The notes below the pieces were generated by a model, which saw only the letters and a program-made list of their open reading frames with translations, was not told the DNA's origin and made no database searches. Positions 12,927 through 26,224 of a stretch of 64,000 bases of DNA are shown in pieces (position 1 is the first letter of the stretch; every line of letters starts with the position of its first letter). Source of the stretch: Cenococcum geophilum (lineage: Eukaryota); NCBI GenBank assembly GCA_050273025.1, contig CP158635.1, positions 3,720,001-3,784,000 on the forward strand. The letters run 5' to 3'. The position numbers were made by a program, and so were the translations under genes.

Positions 12927-13194
12927 TATATAATTACAGCACCTATCGTACTAACCGCGTGCTTACGCGTTCGGTACGCCGAGTACGCGTTTACGCGTTT
13001 GGTGCACCAACCACCCGCTTACGCGTTTAGTGCACTTCTAAAGCACTAACTAATTAGGGGGGAGGTGCATTAGTATATAGACTACGTAGTCTACTTTATA
13101 TAATTGACAGTCACCATCTAAATAAGTATACAATACTATATGTATTTCGTGCCCGTGGATACGACTCACTCGTGCTATTAAGTTAGTATAAACA
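12927..13194 (+). repeat. Copia 5' LTR
   Basis: TATATAATT (RIP'd TGTATAATT)...AAACA; same length as the 3' LTR. Confidence 0.92.
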
Positions 13195-14134
13195 CTGATT
13201 AGTGAGCGCGCACAGATTAGCAATCACTCGACACCTCCCCCTAAGCGATACTCGACAGCGACCACCCGTTTAGACTCCTAGTACGACCTACTAGAAGGTC
13301 GGAAGTCGGGGATTACGGACTTATCTCCAACTCTGTATACTTATTTAAGTCTTAGTATGGTTTACTGGAAGTATAATAGACGTAAATACAGATCTATATA
13401 GAACCCCTACCCTTAAACCTCGAACCCCTATTTCTACTATACCTCCCCTAACCTCTTTTTAGACCCCTTACGGAGACCCCTTACCCTTCTATAAACTGTT
13501 ACGGACCCTTTAATTACCTTTATAGACTATTATAAAACCTCTTACCCTTCTATAAACTATTACGGACCCACTAACCGCCTTTACGGACCATTATAAGACC
13601 TCTCCTACCTACTATATACTATACTATATAATATAGTATAGCAGACCTAAGAAAGCAAGTCGATAAAGGTTAGGAAAAGTGGAGATAGGGAGTTAACCTT
13701 ACGTCTATACCTAACGTTAATAACTATATTAAATTTAAAGTTCTTAAATATAAATATTTTAAGCTTATAAATGTTAACCTATAGGAGCAATACTAGGAAG
13801 ACTTCGCGGACTTTATGGAAGCTATCTTTAAAGTATATAACCCTACTACTATTTATAACCTATGGACCCTCTTATATAACCAAGGTATATAGGTTAAAAG
13901 GAATAAACGAGTTACTATTATATAGTCCTTATACAACATAATATATAAAAAGGACTAAACGGAATAGACTAAAGAGGAAATCCTAGACCAGTTCTAAGAA
14001 ACTAAGGAACTCTTTACTTCTTCCAAACTTAATATAATTGCTAGCCTTATACCTAACCCACTTAACCAAATTCGTCCTATAAACCTAAGTAGTTTTAGAA
14101 TTAATCTTATAGGCTAAAGCATACCTAGTACTTA

Positions 14135-14330
14135 AGTTACGGACCGTAATACCCCTGTAACCCAAATTACGGACCGTAATACCCCCGCAAACCAAAATAC
14201 GGACTAAATTACCCCTATTGTTTAAGTTATAGATCCGCAAGCCATATATCCGCAAACTATATATCCGTAAGCCATATATCCGCAAGCTATAAATCCGCAA
14301 GCTATAAATCCGTAAGTTATAGATCCGCAA
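14135..14330 (+). repeat. 27-bp and 21-bp tandem units inside Copia gag
   Basis: TTACGGACCGTAATACCCC units followed by short ATCCGCAAGCTATA-type units. Confidence 0.7.
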
Positions 14331-17300
14331 CCTACCTAAGTAAAGACCTATAGTAAGGAGCTAACTAACCTAGCTAAGCTCTATACCGACGAATCTAAGT
14401 ATAGTGGTAAAAATGATAATTTTGACTTTAAACTAACTATCTTTATAGACCTTTGCTAGAAGGCTAATATTCCTAAATAAGAGTTTAGCTAAGCCTACTC
14501 TACTATACTGCGCGGCCTAGTACTTAACTACTACTACACTAACCTTAAGAGTAACCCCCTTGGTGTTCCCTTTAATAAGCTATATAAATCTATATGTAAC
14601 TACTTTAAAGGACTAAAATATAAGCGTAATATTCTTACCTAATGGAATATAACTAAGTTACGGACCGTAATAGATAAGAATACTGAAAAATTAACTATAG
14701 AGTGCCTGTAAATCCTTATTAAAAACCTCCGCCACCTATAGTATGGTTTTAATATTAAGCTTTAAACGGACGACTTCCTGTATAATAAACTTATTACGGC
14801 TTGCTAGGAAATAGAACCCTATAAATACGCCTATTATAAGCCCGTAGATACCATAGCTGGCCTTATTAATAATTTACGGTCCTCTATTGTAATATATAAA
14901 GCCTTAAACCCGCTAGGTAGCACTTAAGCCTTTATTACGGATATTTAATATCCATAAATAGACTTAGACGTCTACTTTACGGACCGCCGCTACCGCTAGT
15001 AGCACCTATACCGACCAAGTCCTACCCGTAACCCCCGCAGTAACCCCTATATAAAAGTATACCCCTATAGACAAACTAGCCAGAAGTGCTTTATATACGG
15101 TAAGGAAGGATGTTAGTCTATAAGGTATACCTAGGAAGAACGTAATAAGTCTAAGAAGAGATTTAATAATTAGATTAACTAGTTTATCTTAAACTATAAA
15201 GGAGAGGAAGTGGAGGAGTCTCTTAACGAGTTAATAGAAGCCCTTATAATTAACTTTAACTTAGATATTTAGGAATAGGAGACCTTGGAGACGTTCCTAA
15301 CTACTTTTAGACCTTTTATAGACGGCTAAGCCTTTAATATTACGACCGTATTAGCCGACCGCTCCTTTATACACTTACTTACACCCAAAAACTAGCCCGT
15401 AAGCATACCTATTAGACCTATTATAGATATTATAGACCGCGAATAGGACCTATTTGCATATATTACTACTAAATACTATACCCCTAAAGAATTCTACGGC
15501 GTTATAATTAATATAGGTGCCTTTAAGAAGTCTACTATAGGTTACGGACAATACCTTGTATATAAGACCACTATAAATAACAATATAGATATTAATACTA
15601 TGTAAACTAGGGCCGTAAATATCTAATTTGGTATTAGCTTAACCGCATTAATTAGATTAGTTAAAGTTAAGACTTTAATTGGCCTAGTTAACTTCTATAT
15701 AGTAAAAGCGGATACCCCTTTCCTATTCTGCCTTGTGGATATAGATAGACTATAGGTTTACTATAACAATGTTACGGATACCCTAATTGGCCCCGTAACT
15801 GCCCTAAGAAGTAAGAATATTACCTTACCAATTATACAACGATTTGGACACTTATTCCTTATATAGGGAGAGACTTTACAGACCTATATTTAGGAATCTT
15901 TTGACTATAACCCGTGCTACCTCACTAGTACGGAAATCCACCACCTATACCGCCGTTTCGGCTACCTATTAGCCGAAAAGCTGTATAGAGTCCTTAAACG
16001 TTCTAGATATAACGACGTTAATAGAAAGGCAATTAACCACCTAACTAAATACTACTCCTTCTGCTAGAAATATAGACGTTCCCTAGGCCAATTTAAGTTT
16101 ACTCTTTATAAAGACCTTAATTTTAACCACTTAGTATACGTAGATATTATGTATATTAACGGCAGCCCAGTATTATATATAATTAATAAGGCAACCCGCT
16201 ATTAAGCTACCCATTAGTTGCAAAATATATCTATAAAACATACTTAGGATATTTTACGGACCTGCTGGATTAATATATATATTAGACCCCCTAAGTACAT
16301 TACCTACGACGCTAGTAGAAACTTTATTAGCAAGGAATTCCAATAGTATGCTATGGCCATAGCTATTTTAATAAAAGCCGTTCTAGTTAAGGCATACTAG
16401 TCCGTTAGGCTTATTAAGCAAGCTTACTTAGCTCTATAAAGAGCTTACTAGATTATTACGGATAAGTGTAAGGATATCTAAAAGGAACTGGCTTTATAGA
16501 TGGCCATAAAAGCCGTTAATAATACCGCTGGCCCTAATGGGCTAGTACCTACCCTCTTAGTTTACGGAGCCTATTTAAGGATAAGCAACCTAGGCCCTTT
16601 TACCCCGTCTATTACGGAATAAGCAGCTATAATACGGAAGGTAATAGCCAAAATAGTTAAATTACGGGCTAAATAAACTATTAATAACGCTTTACACTAC
16701 CGTAACAGACCTAATATAACCTTAGTATATAACCTCCCGCTTAATTCTAAAGTCCTTATATAGCGTGAAAGCGGTAATTAGACTAGACCTTACCGTCTAC
16801 TAGCTATAGAAGATAAGACCTACTATATATAGCTCTCTAGCGGACTAATAAGCTTTAAAAGCACGTCCGTAAAACCCTATTTTCGGTCCGAAAACACCTA
16901 TAACATTAAGCTAGACGAACTAAAAGCACCCGCCGAATTAGGTAAACTAGAAATACCCACCAAATTAAATAAACTAGAAGCACCCTTACCTACCCTAGAG
17001 GTCCCCTAGAAACCCACTAAACCTACTAAACCTACTATAAAGCGTGGCCAAGGACGCCCCCGTAAGAACCCCATAACGGAGAATTACCTAACCTTTATAG
17101 GTATATCCGTAAGGCAATCTCCGCCTATAGATATATTAGTTCTAGTATAGGAAACCCCTTTTATAGACTTATAATACAAAGAGATTAACAGACTACTTAA
17201 AAAGGGCGTCTTTGCGGTTATAACGGAGAAAGACGTTCCGTAAGGCGTCTGTATATTTAACTTATACTTTATTAATAAAATTAAGCACCCTAGTACTGAT

Positions 17301-18942
17301 AAAGCCTTTAAGAAATTAAGGCTCGTTATATAAGCTTATAACGACTAGGGAAAGGGTTTAGTCCTTATGCAATCGCTTATAATTTAATAAGTTAGTTAAC
17401 GGATTATACTTACACTTACGCCTAAATTATAGTAAATTAAACCTATAGCCCTTTACTTACGGGACATCTTATAAGCCTATATATAGTCTAACACCTACCT
17501 AAGTAGGGATATTTTTATACAACTACCCTATAAGCTTAACCTATAACTAGGAACAATTTTATAGGTTATAAAACCTCTTTACGGAGTACTAGAAGCCGGA
17601 AACTATTAGTTTAAGACATACTACTAGCATTATATTAGTAAACTCAAAATGGAACAGTCGACCTATAACCCCTGCCTCTTATACACCCTATTAAACAGCC
17701 TTGGCATTATTGGACTTTAAACCAATAATACCCTCTTCCTAGTAGACTAAACCTTTACGGACGCTAAAGAAACTAAACTATAAAAGGTAAAGTTCTTAGT
17801 AAAGCTGTAAGAGTAGTTAACTAAGTAGACTCTAATTAAGTTTAATGGAGGCTTAATTATATAAAAGGGCAACCTAATTAAGCTAACTTAGGAATGCTAA
17901 GCTTAAAACCTAAAGCCTATTATAGTAAAACCTACGGACCTTATTAGTTCCTATAGAGAGACCCACAAGACCGTAAATATAAAGGACTAATACGCTGCAT
18001 AGTGTATAAGAGGCGCCTATATTGCTATAGTCTATTAACCTAAATCTACCTACGATCTGTCCTTTACGGCCTAGGTAGTAGACCTATAAGAAGAAAATAT
18101 TAAGCAGCTTAATAAGCGTATTTAGTGGTAAATCAATAATATAGTAAGGGGACTTACTTTTATACCACTAGACCTAAATTCCCTTAGCCTATTAGTATTT
18201 ATGGACGCATCTTTTGCTAATAATAAAGACCTATTATTACAAATCGGCTTTATAATTGTACTTACGGACTGTAATTAGGACGTAAATATACTGTACTGGT
18301 CTTTAATTAAGTGTAAATAAGTAACTCGTAGTATACTAGCTTTTAAACTATATGCACTAGCTTATAGATTTAATATAGCAGCCGCAATTAAATTAACGGT
18401 CTAGAAGATTCTATAACTGGAGCAGTTACCCCTAGTTTTATATACCGATTTAAAGTCCCTTTATAACTGCCTAGTTAAACTAGGTACAATATAAAAGAAG
18501 AGGCTTATAGTCGACCTAATGTACTTATATTAGGCCTATAAACGACGTAAGATTATAAAGGTTAAATGGATCAGTAGTGGAGACAACCTAGTAAACGCTA
18601 TAACTAAGGCAAAGCTGTATTAAGCTCTTAAAACCCTAATTAATACGAATAAGCTTAACCTAAAGGTTATAGAATAGGTAGAGCGAGACTAACGAAGTAT
18701 TTATAGTTTAGTTACGGCCCGTTAGAAGGCCGTATGGTGCATTTACGGCCTATTAAAAGGCTGTATAGTTCATTTTATAGACCGTAAGTAGGACTTACGG
18801 CCAGCTTAGAGCACTATTTGGAAGGCAACCCAGAAGGCACCTTAGGAGGGATTTCCTATATATTTTCTTATGTATTTTATAGTTCTATTAAGATAATTAC
18901 GGAGGCTATATATAAGTGGTTTTATTTTCTAAGTACCGCTAG

Positions 18943-19210
18943 TGTATAATTATAGCACCTGTCGTACTAACCGCGTGCTTATGCGTTCGGTACGCCGAGT
19001 ACGCGTTTACGCGTTTAGTGCACCAACTACCCGCTTACGCGTCTGGTGCACTTCTAAAGCACTGACTAATTAGGGGGGAGGCGCATCAGTATATAGACTA
19101 CGTAGTTTGCTTTATATAATCGACAGTCACCATCCAAACAAGCATACGATACTACATGTATTTCGTGCCCGTGGATACGACTCACTCGTGCTATTAAGTT
19201 AGTACGAACA
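18943..19210 (+). repeat. Copia 3' LTR
   Basis: TGTATAATT...GAACA followed by TSD ATTTC. Confidence 0.92.
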
Positions 19211-19480
19211 ATTTCTTTAATAGACTTCTTAATAGGTACCTACCTATACTTCCTACTTATTATCTTCTTATTATAAGCCAATTTATTAATAAAAATAAAG
19301 TAATTGCGCCTATAGCTATAGATTTAAATATTTTAATTATCTCTTAGACCTAGGCTATATTATTACATTATTATTATTATAACCTTTCTACTTTATCTCC
19401 TTTATATTAATCTAGCTAATAGTATACTTTATACTACTACTATATTATAATTATTATATAAAAACTAGAGTATCTCTTTA
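19211..19480 (-). pseudogene. Tc1-like transposase, N-proximal part (first D); 5' limit approximate
   Basis: RRNYFIFINKLAYNKKIISRKYR*VPIKK corresponds to RIP'd FVFVDESACNEK..RKYGWAP (D codon 19287-19285); the frame continues across the Copia TSD. Confidence 0.75.
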
Positions 19481-19564
19481 TAATAGGTGTTTAGGTTATA
19501 TAGTAGGCTATATATACTAAACTACTAAATACCTAAATTATAAAAGCTTTAAAACTTTAAAATT

Positions 19565-20411
19565 TTAGTTATAATCTTATAAAAGCTCTACTTAAAACTT
19601 TATATAGTACTTTAAAGCCTTTTTAATATATTATATTAGTATAATAAGGGGTCTCTAAGAACGTTTATATAAATATTTCTATAAATATCTCTATGAACGC
19701 CTTTATAATTACCTCTATAAATACCTTTATAATTGTCTTAATAAACGCCTCTATAAATATTTTTATAAATACTTTTATAATCGTCTCTATATACGCCTCT
19801 ATAATTATCTTTATAAATATTTTAATAAATAAACGCCTATATAACGCTCTTTACTAAAGACTCTCTATATAGAGGCTTTATATAACTCTATATAATACTA
19901 TATAACGCTCTATATTAAAGACTCTCTATATTAAAGACTCTATATACGGAGGCTCTACGCACGTAGCTTCGTGCAGAGCCTCTATAAGCAGAGCCTCTGT
20001 ACGCAAAGCCTCCGTATATAGAGCCTTCGTACGCAGAGCCTCTGTACGCAGAGTCTTTGATGCAGAGCGTCGTGTAGAGCGTTGTATAGAGCCCCCGTAT
20101 GTAGAGCCTTTATGCACAGAGCCTCCGTATGCAGAGCGTTGTGTAGACTGTCGTATAGAGCCTTCGTACGCAGAGCCTCCGTACGCAGTCTTTAATGTAG
20201 AGCGTTGTGCAGAGCGTCGTGTAGAACCTCCGTACGTAGAGCTCTATACGCAGAGCCTCTATACGCAGAGCATCCGTATATAGAGCCTCTGTACGTGAAG
20301 TCCCTAATGCAGAGCCCCGCGTAGAGCCTCGTGTAGAGCACCTATACGCAGAGCCTTTGTATAGAGCCTCCGTGTAAAGCTCCGCACGAAGCTCTACGTA
20401 GGTATAGAGTC
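19565..20411 (+). repeat. Minisatellite module copy 2 (direct repeat of 1281-2638)
   Basis: Same ordered sub-blocks, same palindrome centre CGTAGCTTCGTGCAGAGCC (~19961) and same end ...TATAGAGT. Confidence 0.88.
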
Positions 20412-20534
20412 AAAAGGCCCCAAATCAAAGCATCAAATTAAGAGAAACTTCAAGTTAAGGCTTTAAATCAAAGCTTCAAATCGTGGTTCAAATCGTGGTT
20501 CAAATGGGGCGATATTTTGATGAGGCGAATTTGA

Positions 20535-20570
20535 GGCGTTGGCGGTTTGGTGCGTATGGCCCACCATACG
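20535..20570 (-). repeat. Right terminal inverted repeat
   Basis: Reverse complement of 1214-1249. Confidence 0.93.
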
Positions 20571-21085
20571 TCGGCCAGAGCGGAACACCTAGGGAGAGGC
20601 TTCTGGGCACGCGAACAGCATCGCGAGCCTTGCTGAGAGGATCGCAAGCGAGACACCAAGGCCGATTGAAGATATTATTCCAGATGCGAATATTGAGCGG
20701 GCCAGAACGTGTTTGCAGGCGGAAGTGTTGTGGTTTCTAGCGGGAGTGGGATTAACGTGCTGGGCTTGGTTTTTGTACTCTTAACTCTCGTGAAGTATTG
20801 ATTTGTTCCCAGCTGTTGAGTTTTTCACATTCTTGGGGAAATCAGAACGCGAATAGGAATATATGACTGATGATTGAATGAATGATCCGTGACGATGGCC
20901 TGATAAACTAGCCTGCAAACTGCGGCTAGTATTCATGAGAACGACGATTATATCCTGAAAGGAACCGAAAGAACAGCAGCCCAGCCGCGCCGAACCCTAA
21001 CCAGAAACAAAACATTGCCAGTAACAATTACACTCAACCCAGACCGTTCACTGTTGTCCAGGAAATACACGGGGGTCATATGCCC

Positions 21086-24000
21086 TCAACGCCGGCCATA
21101 CACCGAATCATCGCTCCGGCCTTCCCTCCCCCCAGCCTTCCGTCCCTTCGCCATAACCGTAATCCCCATATCGACACCTCCTTTAGGGCTTTCCAGAACT
21201 CTCATCCGCTCAAACAGGCCCTGATGCTCGAGCTCCGCCTCCCTTTCGTGCCTGGTGTCGAACTCGGCATCGCGTTTGAACAGGTTCATGATGTCCTTCA
21301 TGCTGAGTTTGGCGACGGCCTTGCCACCCTCGATGGCCGCACTGGCGAGCTTGCGCTTGGCGTCTTGCAGATCCAAGATGCGGGCTTCGACCGAGGAAGC
21401 AATGGTAAGTTTGTAGACTGTTACGTCTACGGTTTGGTTAAGGCGGTGGACGCGGTCTATGGCTTGTTCTTCCACGAACTAGATTTAGACAAAGTGTTAG
21501 CATTATTATCCAATTGGCAAGGCTGGGTTGAAGGTATGTTGTACGAGGGGGGGACTTACAGGATTCCAGAATGGCTCTAGAATAACCACTCGGCTTGCAG
21601 CGGTAAGGTTGAGGCCCAAACTACCGCACTTCAAACTGCAGAGTAGTACTCTTGTCCTCTTGTCATTCCTTAATTTATTCAAACTTGCTTCCCGGTGGTC
21701 ATTGCGCATGCTCCCATCGTAGCGCGTGAAGACGTAGCCGTTGCGCCTGAGGAATGGTTCGATGAGATCAAGCATCGATGTGAATTGCGAGAAGACAATT
21801 ACTTTGTGGTCGGGGGTTTCCTTTTCGAGGATCTGGAGGAGATGGCGGATCTTTGTTGAGGGTGTAAGGTGGGAAGCGGAGTATACAGGGTCAGAGTCTG
21901 ATTCTTCTTCTGACTCAGATTCAGATTCGGTCTCCGAGTTTGAGTTTGAGTCGGATTCGCCCTCAGGCTCGGATTCGGAGTCTTCCTGCTCATCATCTGA
22001 CTCGAGGCTAATGACTTTCTTGCTCCTTTTCTTTTGGCCAACCGGGGATCCCTCCTCGTCAGTCTCAGAGTCATTAGATTCGAGCCATTCGCCTCCGCCT
22101 TCCGCATTTTCATCATCTATACCACCAGCCTTTCCTAGCTCTGGTACTTTTTGCTGAGACGCAGGGACAACCCAATCACCTTCTCCCTCATCTTCGCCAT
22201 CACTATCCAGGATGACCCGGCGGTTTCTAGCAAGCTTTTGGGGTTCGGGGCTCACACTCTCCTCTTTCTTGGTATCTCGATGCTTCTTACTCTCCTTCTT
22301 ACTCTTGTGGTGTTTTGAGCGGTGCTTATGTTTGTGCTTCTTCCTCTGTGACATTGACAGATCATTCTCGCAATCTTCGCACCGAAGGGCACCAGCAGCC
22401 ATTTCAGACTGATTCAGGGTAGCTTGGCAGACATCGCATTTCTTAGTTTCTACGCTGAGTCCACCAAGCATAGCAGCCATGTCGTCCACATCCTTGTCTG
22501 CAGTATCGCGAGAGCGTCTAGTCTGCGAACCAGCACCATGGGGCGAAGTTGAACCTGTAGCCAGAGCATCCTTATCATTCTTGACGTTGCTTTTAATCAG
22601 CTCTGGATGGTTGCAAGCCTGACGGAGGCGAAGCAGCAAGACCAAAGCACCAATATAATCAGCCTTCTCACCACCCATCATTTCCTCTAGTCGATCCTGT
22701 GCTCGGGATGCGAGGCAGTCGTAAAACCGGCGTTCTTCGGGTGTGAAATGTGCCACAACAGTCTCAATGTTCCTAGCCACAATCCTGAAGCCGCCAGACT
22801 TGTCTCCACCCTCTTTCACCTTGCCGCCCGGATTGAGGGCGCCCTCTTTCTTGAGGACGTCCTTGGTGCGTCGCTTCATGAATGCTTTCAGGAAATATTG
22901 CAGCCGCTTCATCGCGAGTCCACCGCGTCCATTCTTCATGGGGCCAGTAATTGAGTCTTTCCAGTTTTTAAGTTCGTCGTATGGCTTGATACGCAGGAAC
23001 TTAATCAAACTCTGAAGCTCGTCAAGATTGTTCTGCATAGGTGTACCAGTCAAGCACCAGCGGTAATGCGACCTTAAATCATAACAGGCCTTGGTCATCT
23101 TCGTATTGCGGTTCTTGATGCTGTGCGCTTCATCCAAAATAACACGATACCAGTGCACCCCAAAGCAGCCAGCTTTCAGCCCATCCTCGCGCTCATCACT
23201 ATTAGAATGCTCCGAAGAAAGAACATTGTAGGTAGTGATGACCACATCATAATTTTTGAGTTTGGAGAAATCCTTAGTTCGGGAAGGACCATGATGAACC
23301 AAAACACGTAGGCTGTGAGATTTATGGACTTTGGTATTGATCTCGGACTCCCATTGTTTAATTAGTGCCAGTGGAGCCACGACTAGCGTACCCTTGCCAA
23401 CACTCGAAGCGATCTTGTTCTTAGGATTATCAGGTGGTGCGTCTACTGGTGGTCGAGGATTCGAGAGAATTAGAGCTAGAGATTGAATCGTCTTGCCGAG
23501 ACCCATCTGAAAACAAATTAATACTTAGTCTTAATGAATAGAAGAGAGGGGAAAAGTAATAGCTCACATCATCAGCAAGAATGCCACCTTTTGGTAGCAC
23601 ACCATTCTTCTTCCGGACTCCAACCTCTTTATCCGTCATCCAAGCCACACCATCGACTTGGTGGGGAAGCAACCTGACAGTCAAGCCCTCGACACTACCA
23701 TCGTCTTCCTCGTCGTCTTCCTCAGCTTCGGCTTCGGCTTCTTTCTCCTCGGCCTTCATATCTAGAGCTTGAAGCTTCTTTGCCAAAGCATTCGTATCAG
23801 CATCTTCAACTTTTTGCTGTTGCTGCTTCTTCTTGCGGCCTCTTGTACGACGTATCTTTTCTTCCTCATCATCGAAGGCTCCCTCCAGTAGAGCCTTGAT
23901 GTTCTCGTTGGCCTGCGCAGCATCAACATACATGTACGGGTCCACTGCGCCGAATTTATTCTGGCCCTCGCGCAAAGCTGCATCAGGATCGAACTCATCG

Positions 24001-24892
24001 TCGTCATTCTTCCTCGTCAAGTCAATCGCATTTTGTTGCCCAAAAAAGTTGACGGGTTGAAAGCCATGTGTGCCGCCCATAGAAGAGTACACCGGTCGGG
24101 GAGCTGGCTGCGTTGTGTAGGTCGGATAGTTTCCCGGTCTTGGAATCTCAACAGGAGTCCGGGAGTTTTGTGGTGGGTTGGGAGGGAAGGAGTTAGCAGG
24201 ACGTGGAATCTCCATTATATCGGAGCTGTACGACCATCTGCTAGCTGTAGAATTGGGTTGCGTCGGAGGCACATACTGGCTGAAAGGATGTACCTTTGGA
24301 GGGATAGTGAAAGGCGGTGGTGCCTGGGCTTGTTGTGGTTGTGGAGCCCGATGGTGTTCTGGACGAGCCTGATTTGGCTTCGGAATGTTGAATAGGTGCG
24401 AAGATTCATCGTTTCGGATATCTTTCTTTAAAGGATTTCTGAGCGGACTCGTATCCCCAAATTGCGGTGGATTGTTTGTTAAATCTTGTAGTGCTTTTGG
24501 GACTGGTGGTTGTGGTTGTGTGCTAGGCTTTTGTGCCTCTCGTTGATTAACCATGGCGTCCCCTTTCTGTGATATCTCTCTGGGGCCTCTTCTAGCTCCC
24601 AAAGGCTCGGTATGGTCCTTCTCAAACAGAGAGCTTGGATCACCAATTATTGAGTCTCCTCGATTATCTCCTTCGGATGACTCTTTATCCACAGCTTGCC
24701 GCCTGCCCCCGTATCTACTAGTCTCTGTTATCACAAGTTTGGCCGCACGCGATAGGGAATTGGGATCCGTCTCAGAACCGCTGGACTGTGTATGAGGTGT
24801 TAAAGTAGCTTTGTTGTTTGTAGATGGAGTAAATTTAGGCTTCTGCGGCGAAGTAAGAGTGTTAACCGGACGGCTCCCGGCGTGGATCTTGG
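21086..24892 (-). CDS. SNF2-family helicase/ATPase, Rad5/16-like group (Ris1/Uls1-like) with degenerate RING-like CxxC pairs; start codon uncertain
   Basis: GGILADD|MGLGKT (intron 23567-23507), LDEAH, LTGTPMQN, LRLRQACNHP, FSQF, GLNLTAASRV, EPFWNP|FVEEQAIDRVHRLNQ (intron 21559-21479); stop at 21086. The frame is open up to an acceptor at 24893; first in-exon ATG at 24554. Confidence 0.93.
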
Positions 24893-25316
24893 CTATTTAC
24901 CATACCGTGGTCAGTTGTGTCTTTGGGCGGAGTTTTAAAGGATAGAGGAGCTTAAGGGTACGTACAGTTTCACGATGCAGGTGTTGGCTCGTTGAATTCA
25001 GTTTTGTTGATGGAGGGGCGCAAAGGTCTTGGCGTTCGTTGCTCCATAGCAACCAACTCCATAGCAACCGTACAACAGAACGCGTCCTTTCCTATTTCAC
25101 GTCTGCGACGCCGCGTCACGCGTGCTTCTAAACGGCAAGTCCTCAGTGTCAGCTCTAGGCCAAGTTAAAGCAGTGAGATTTATCTACAGAATATGGTTAT
25201 GCGTCTGACTAGATGATAACATGTTGGCAATTCCTATTCCACGTCTGAGAGTCCATCCATCATTCATCACCCCTCCTCCACAGAACCAAAATCCATTACA
25301 GGATAGTCTGCATATT

Positions 25317-25784
25317 TTAGGTCGACTTTAGGCCTATAATGCCTAACAAGGTGAAAACGAACGCGCCTCCACCAACCAACGCAGCTGACGGCACGCTCAT
25401 GGTTCCATCCATGAGGCCTACCAGACAACTGCACAGATCCACGGAATCGGTTATGATATTTGCCCAAAGAGCCCGTCGAATCTCAGACTGTGTCGCGTCA
25501 GTGGTCCTAGATGCGTCTTTCGCAGTCCATAATAAACCTCCGAGAACGGCATCACGAACGCCGAATAGTCGAGCTAGGATCATGTCTTGCGGCGCAATCG
25601 ACAGCTGGAAAAGCTCGCCTACAAGTTTAGGTGCAAATAGACATGCGGCGCCACTGATAGCTCGAAGCACAGCCGTTGTCTTTATGACGTGTAGGCCGAC
25701 TTTACTCTGGTTGTCCGGTAATGTCCTTGCGCTAACTCCAGGGATTAACGGTTCTGTAGAATCTTTGGATGCGGATGATGCCAT
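25317..25784 (-). CDS. Small integral membrane protein, DUF4267-like
   Basis: 155-aa intronless ORF with several hydrophobic helices and ARLFGVRDAVLG; TATA-like TTTTATATAG upstream (~25924-25933). Confidence 0.75.
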   Translation of the reverse strand: MASSASKDSTEPLIPGVSARTLPDNQSKVGLHVIKTTAVLRAISGAACLFAPKLVGELFQLSIAPQDMILARLFGVRDAVLGGLLWTAKDASRTTDATQSEIRRALWANIITDSVDLCSCLVGLMDGTMSVPSAALVGGGAFVFTLLGIIGLKST

Positions 25785-26224
25785 GGCAGCACGGTAAACT
25801 CAGATAGTTATTGAAGACAAAGAGATATAGTAGAGATATTTAAGAAGCCTTATGGAGAGGAAGGATGATCAATACGCAGAGGAAACTGTGTTTGTAAAGT
25901 CTTGAGAGCAAGGGCAATCATTTCTATATAAAACAGAGCCTTACGACATGCACCTCGCATCTATAGCAGAAGCCCCGAACTCTTTTCTCTTAGTTGGGTG
26001 AGCTTATTCTCGTATTCAAGCCTCTCAGCAATACGATCAGATTCGCCGAGTCACACGCCACAGCATAACGTTATGCTTAACCCCGCACAACGTTATTACC
26101 TGCGAAGAGGCCGCTTTTCGAGACTTTCCTCAGAATCTTTATTACTTTGAATTGGTAGAATAACGTTTTATCATATTTACATTGACAGCACACAGGGATC
26201 CATCTTGACCACAATAACGGCGTG

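Larger units (their letters stand above)
12927..19210 (+). mobile_element. Full-length Ty1/Copia LTR retrotransposon, RIP-inactivated
   Basis: 268-bp LTRs 12927-13194 and 18943-19210; TSD ATTTC (12922-12926/19211-19215); integrase (~15940-16580) precedes RT (~17150-17850) and RNase H DASFANNKDL..QIG (~18204). Confidence 0.95.
1216..20568 (-). mobile_element. Tc1-like (IS630-Tc1-mariner, DD34E) TIR DNA transposon, ~5.2 kb after removing nested Gypsy and Copia
   Basis: Perfect 36-bp inverted match 1214-1249/20535-20570; flanks fit a TA or a CGTCG duplication; RIP'd DDE_3-type transposase on the minus strand split by the Copia; long internal direct repeats at both ends. Confidence 0.8.

Noticed and set aside
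1214..20570. Starship or CACTA identity for the large TIR element
   Set aside because: No tyrosine-recombinase captain and no CACTA termini; the resident transposase is DD34E.
21015..24795. Plus-strand and alternative-frame ORFs over the SNF2 gene
   Set aside because: Shadows of the real coding frame; the same applies to those over the other four genes.
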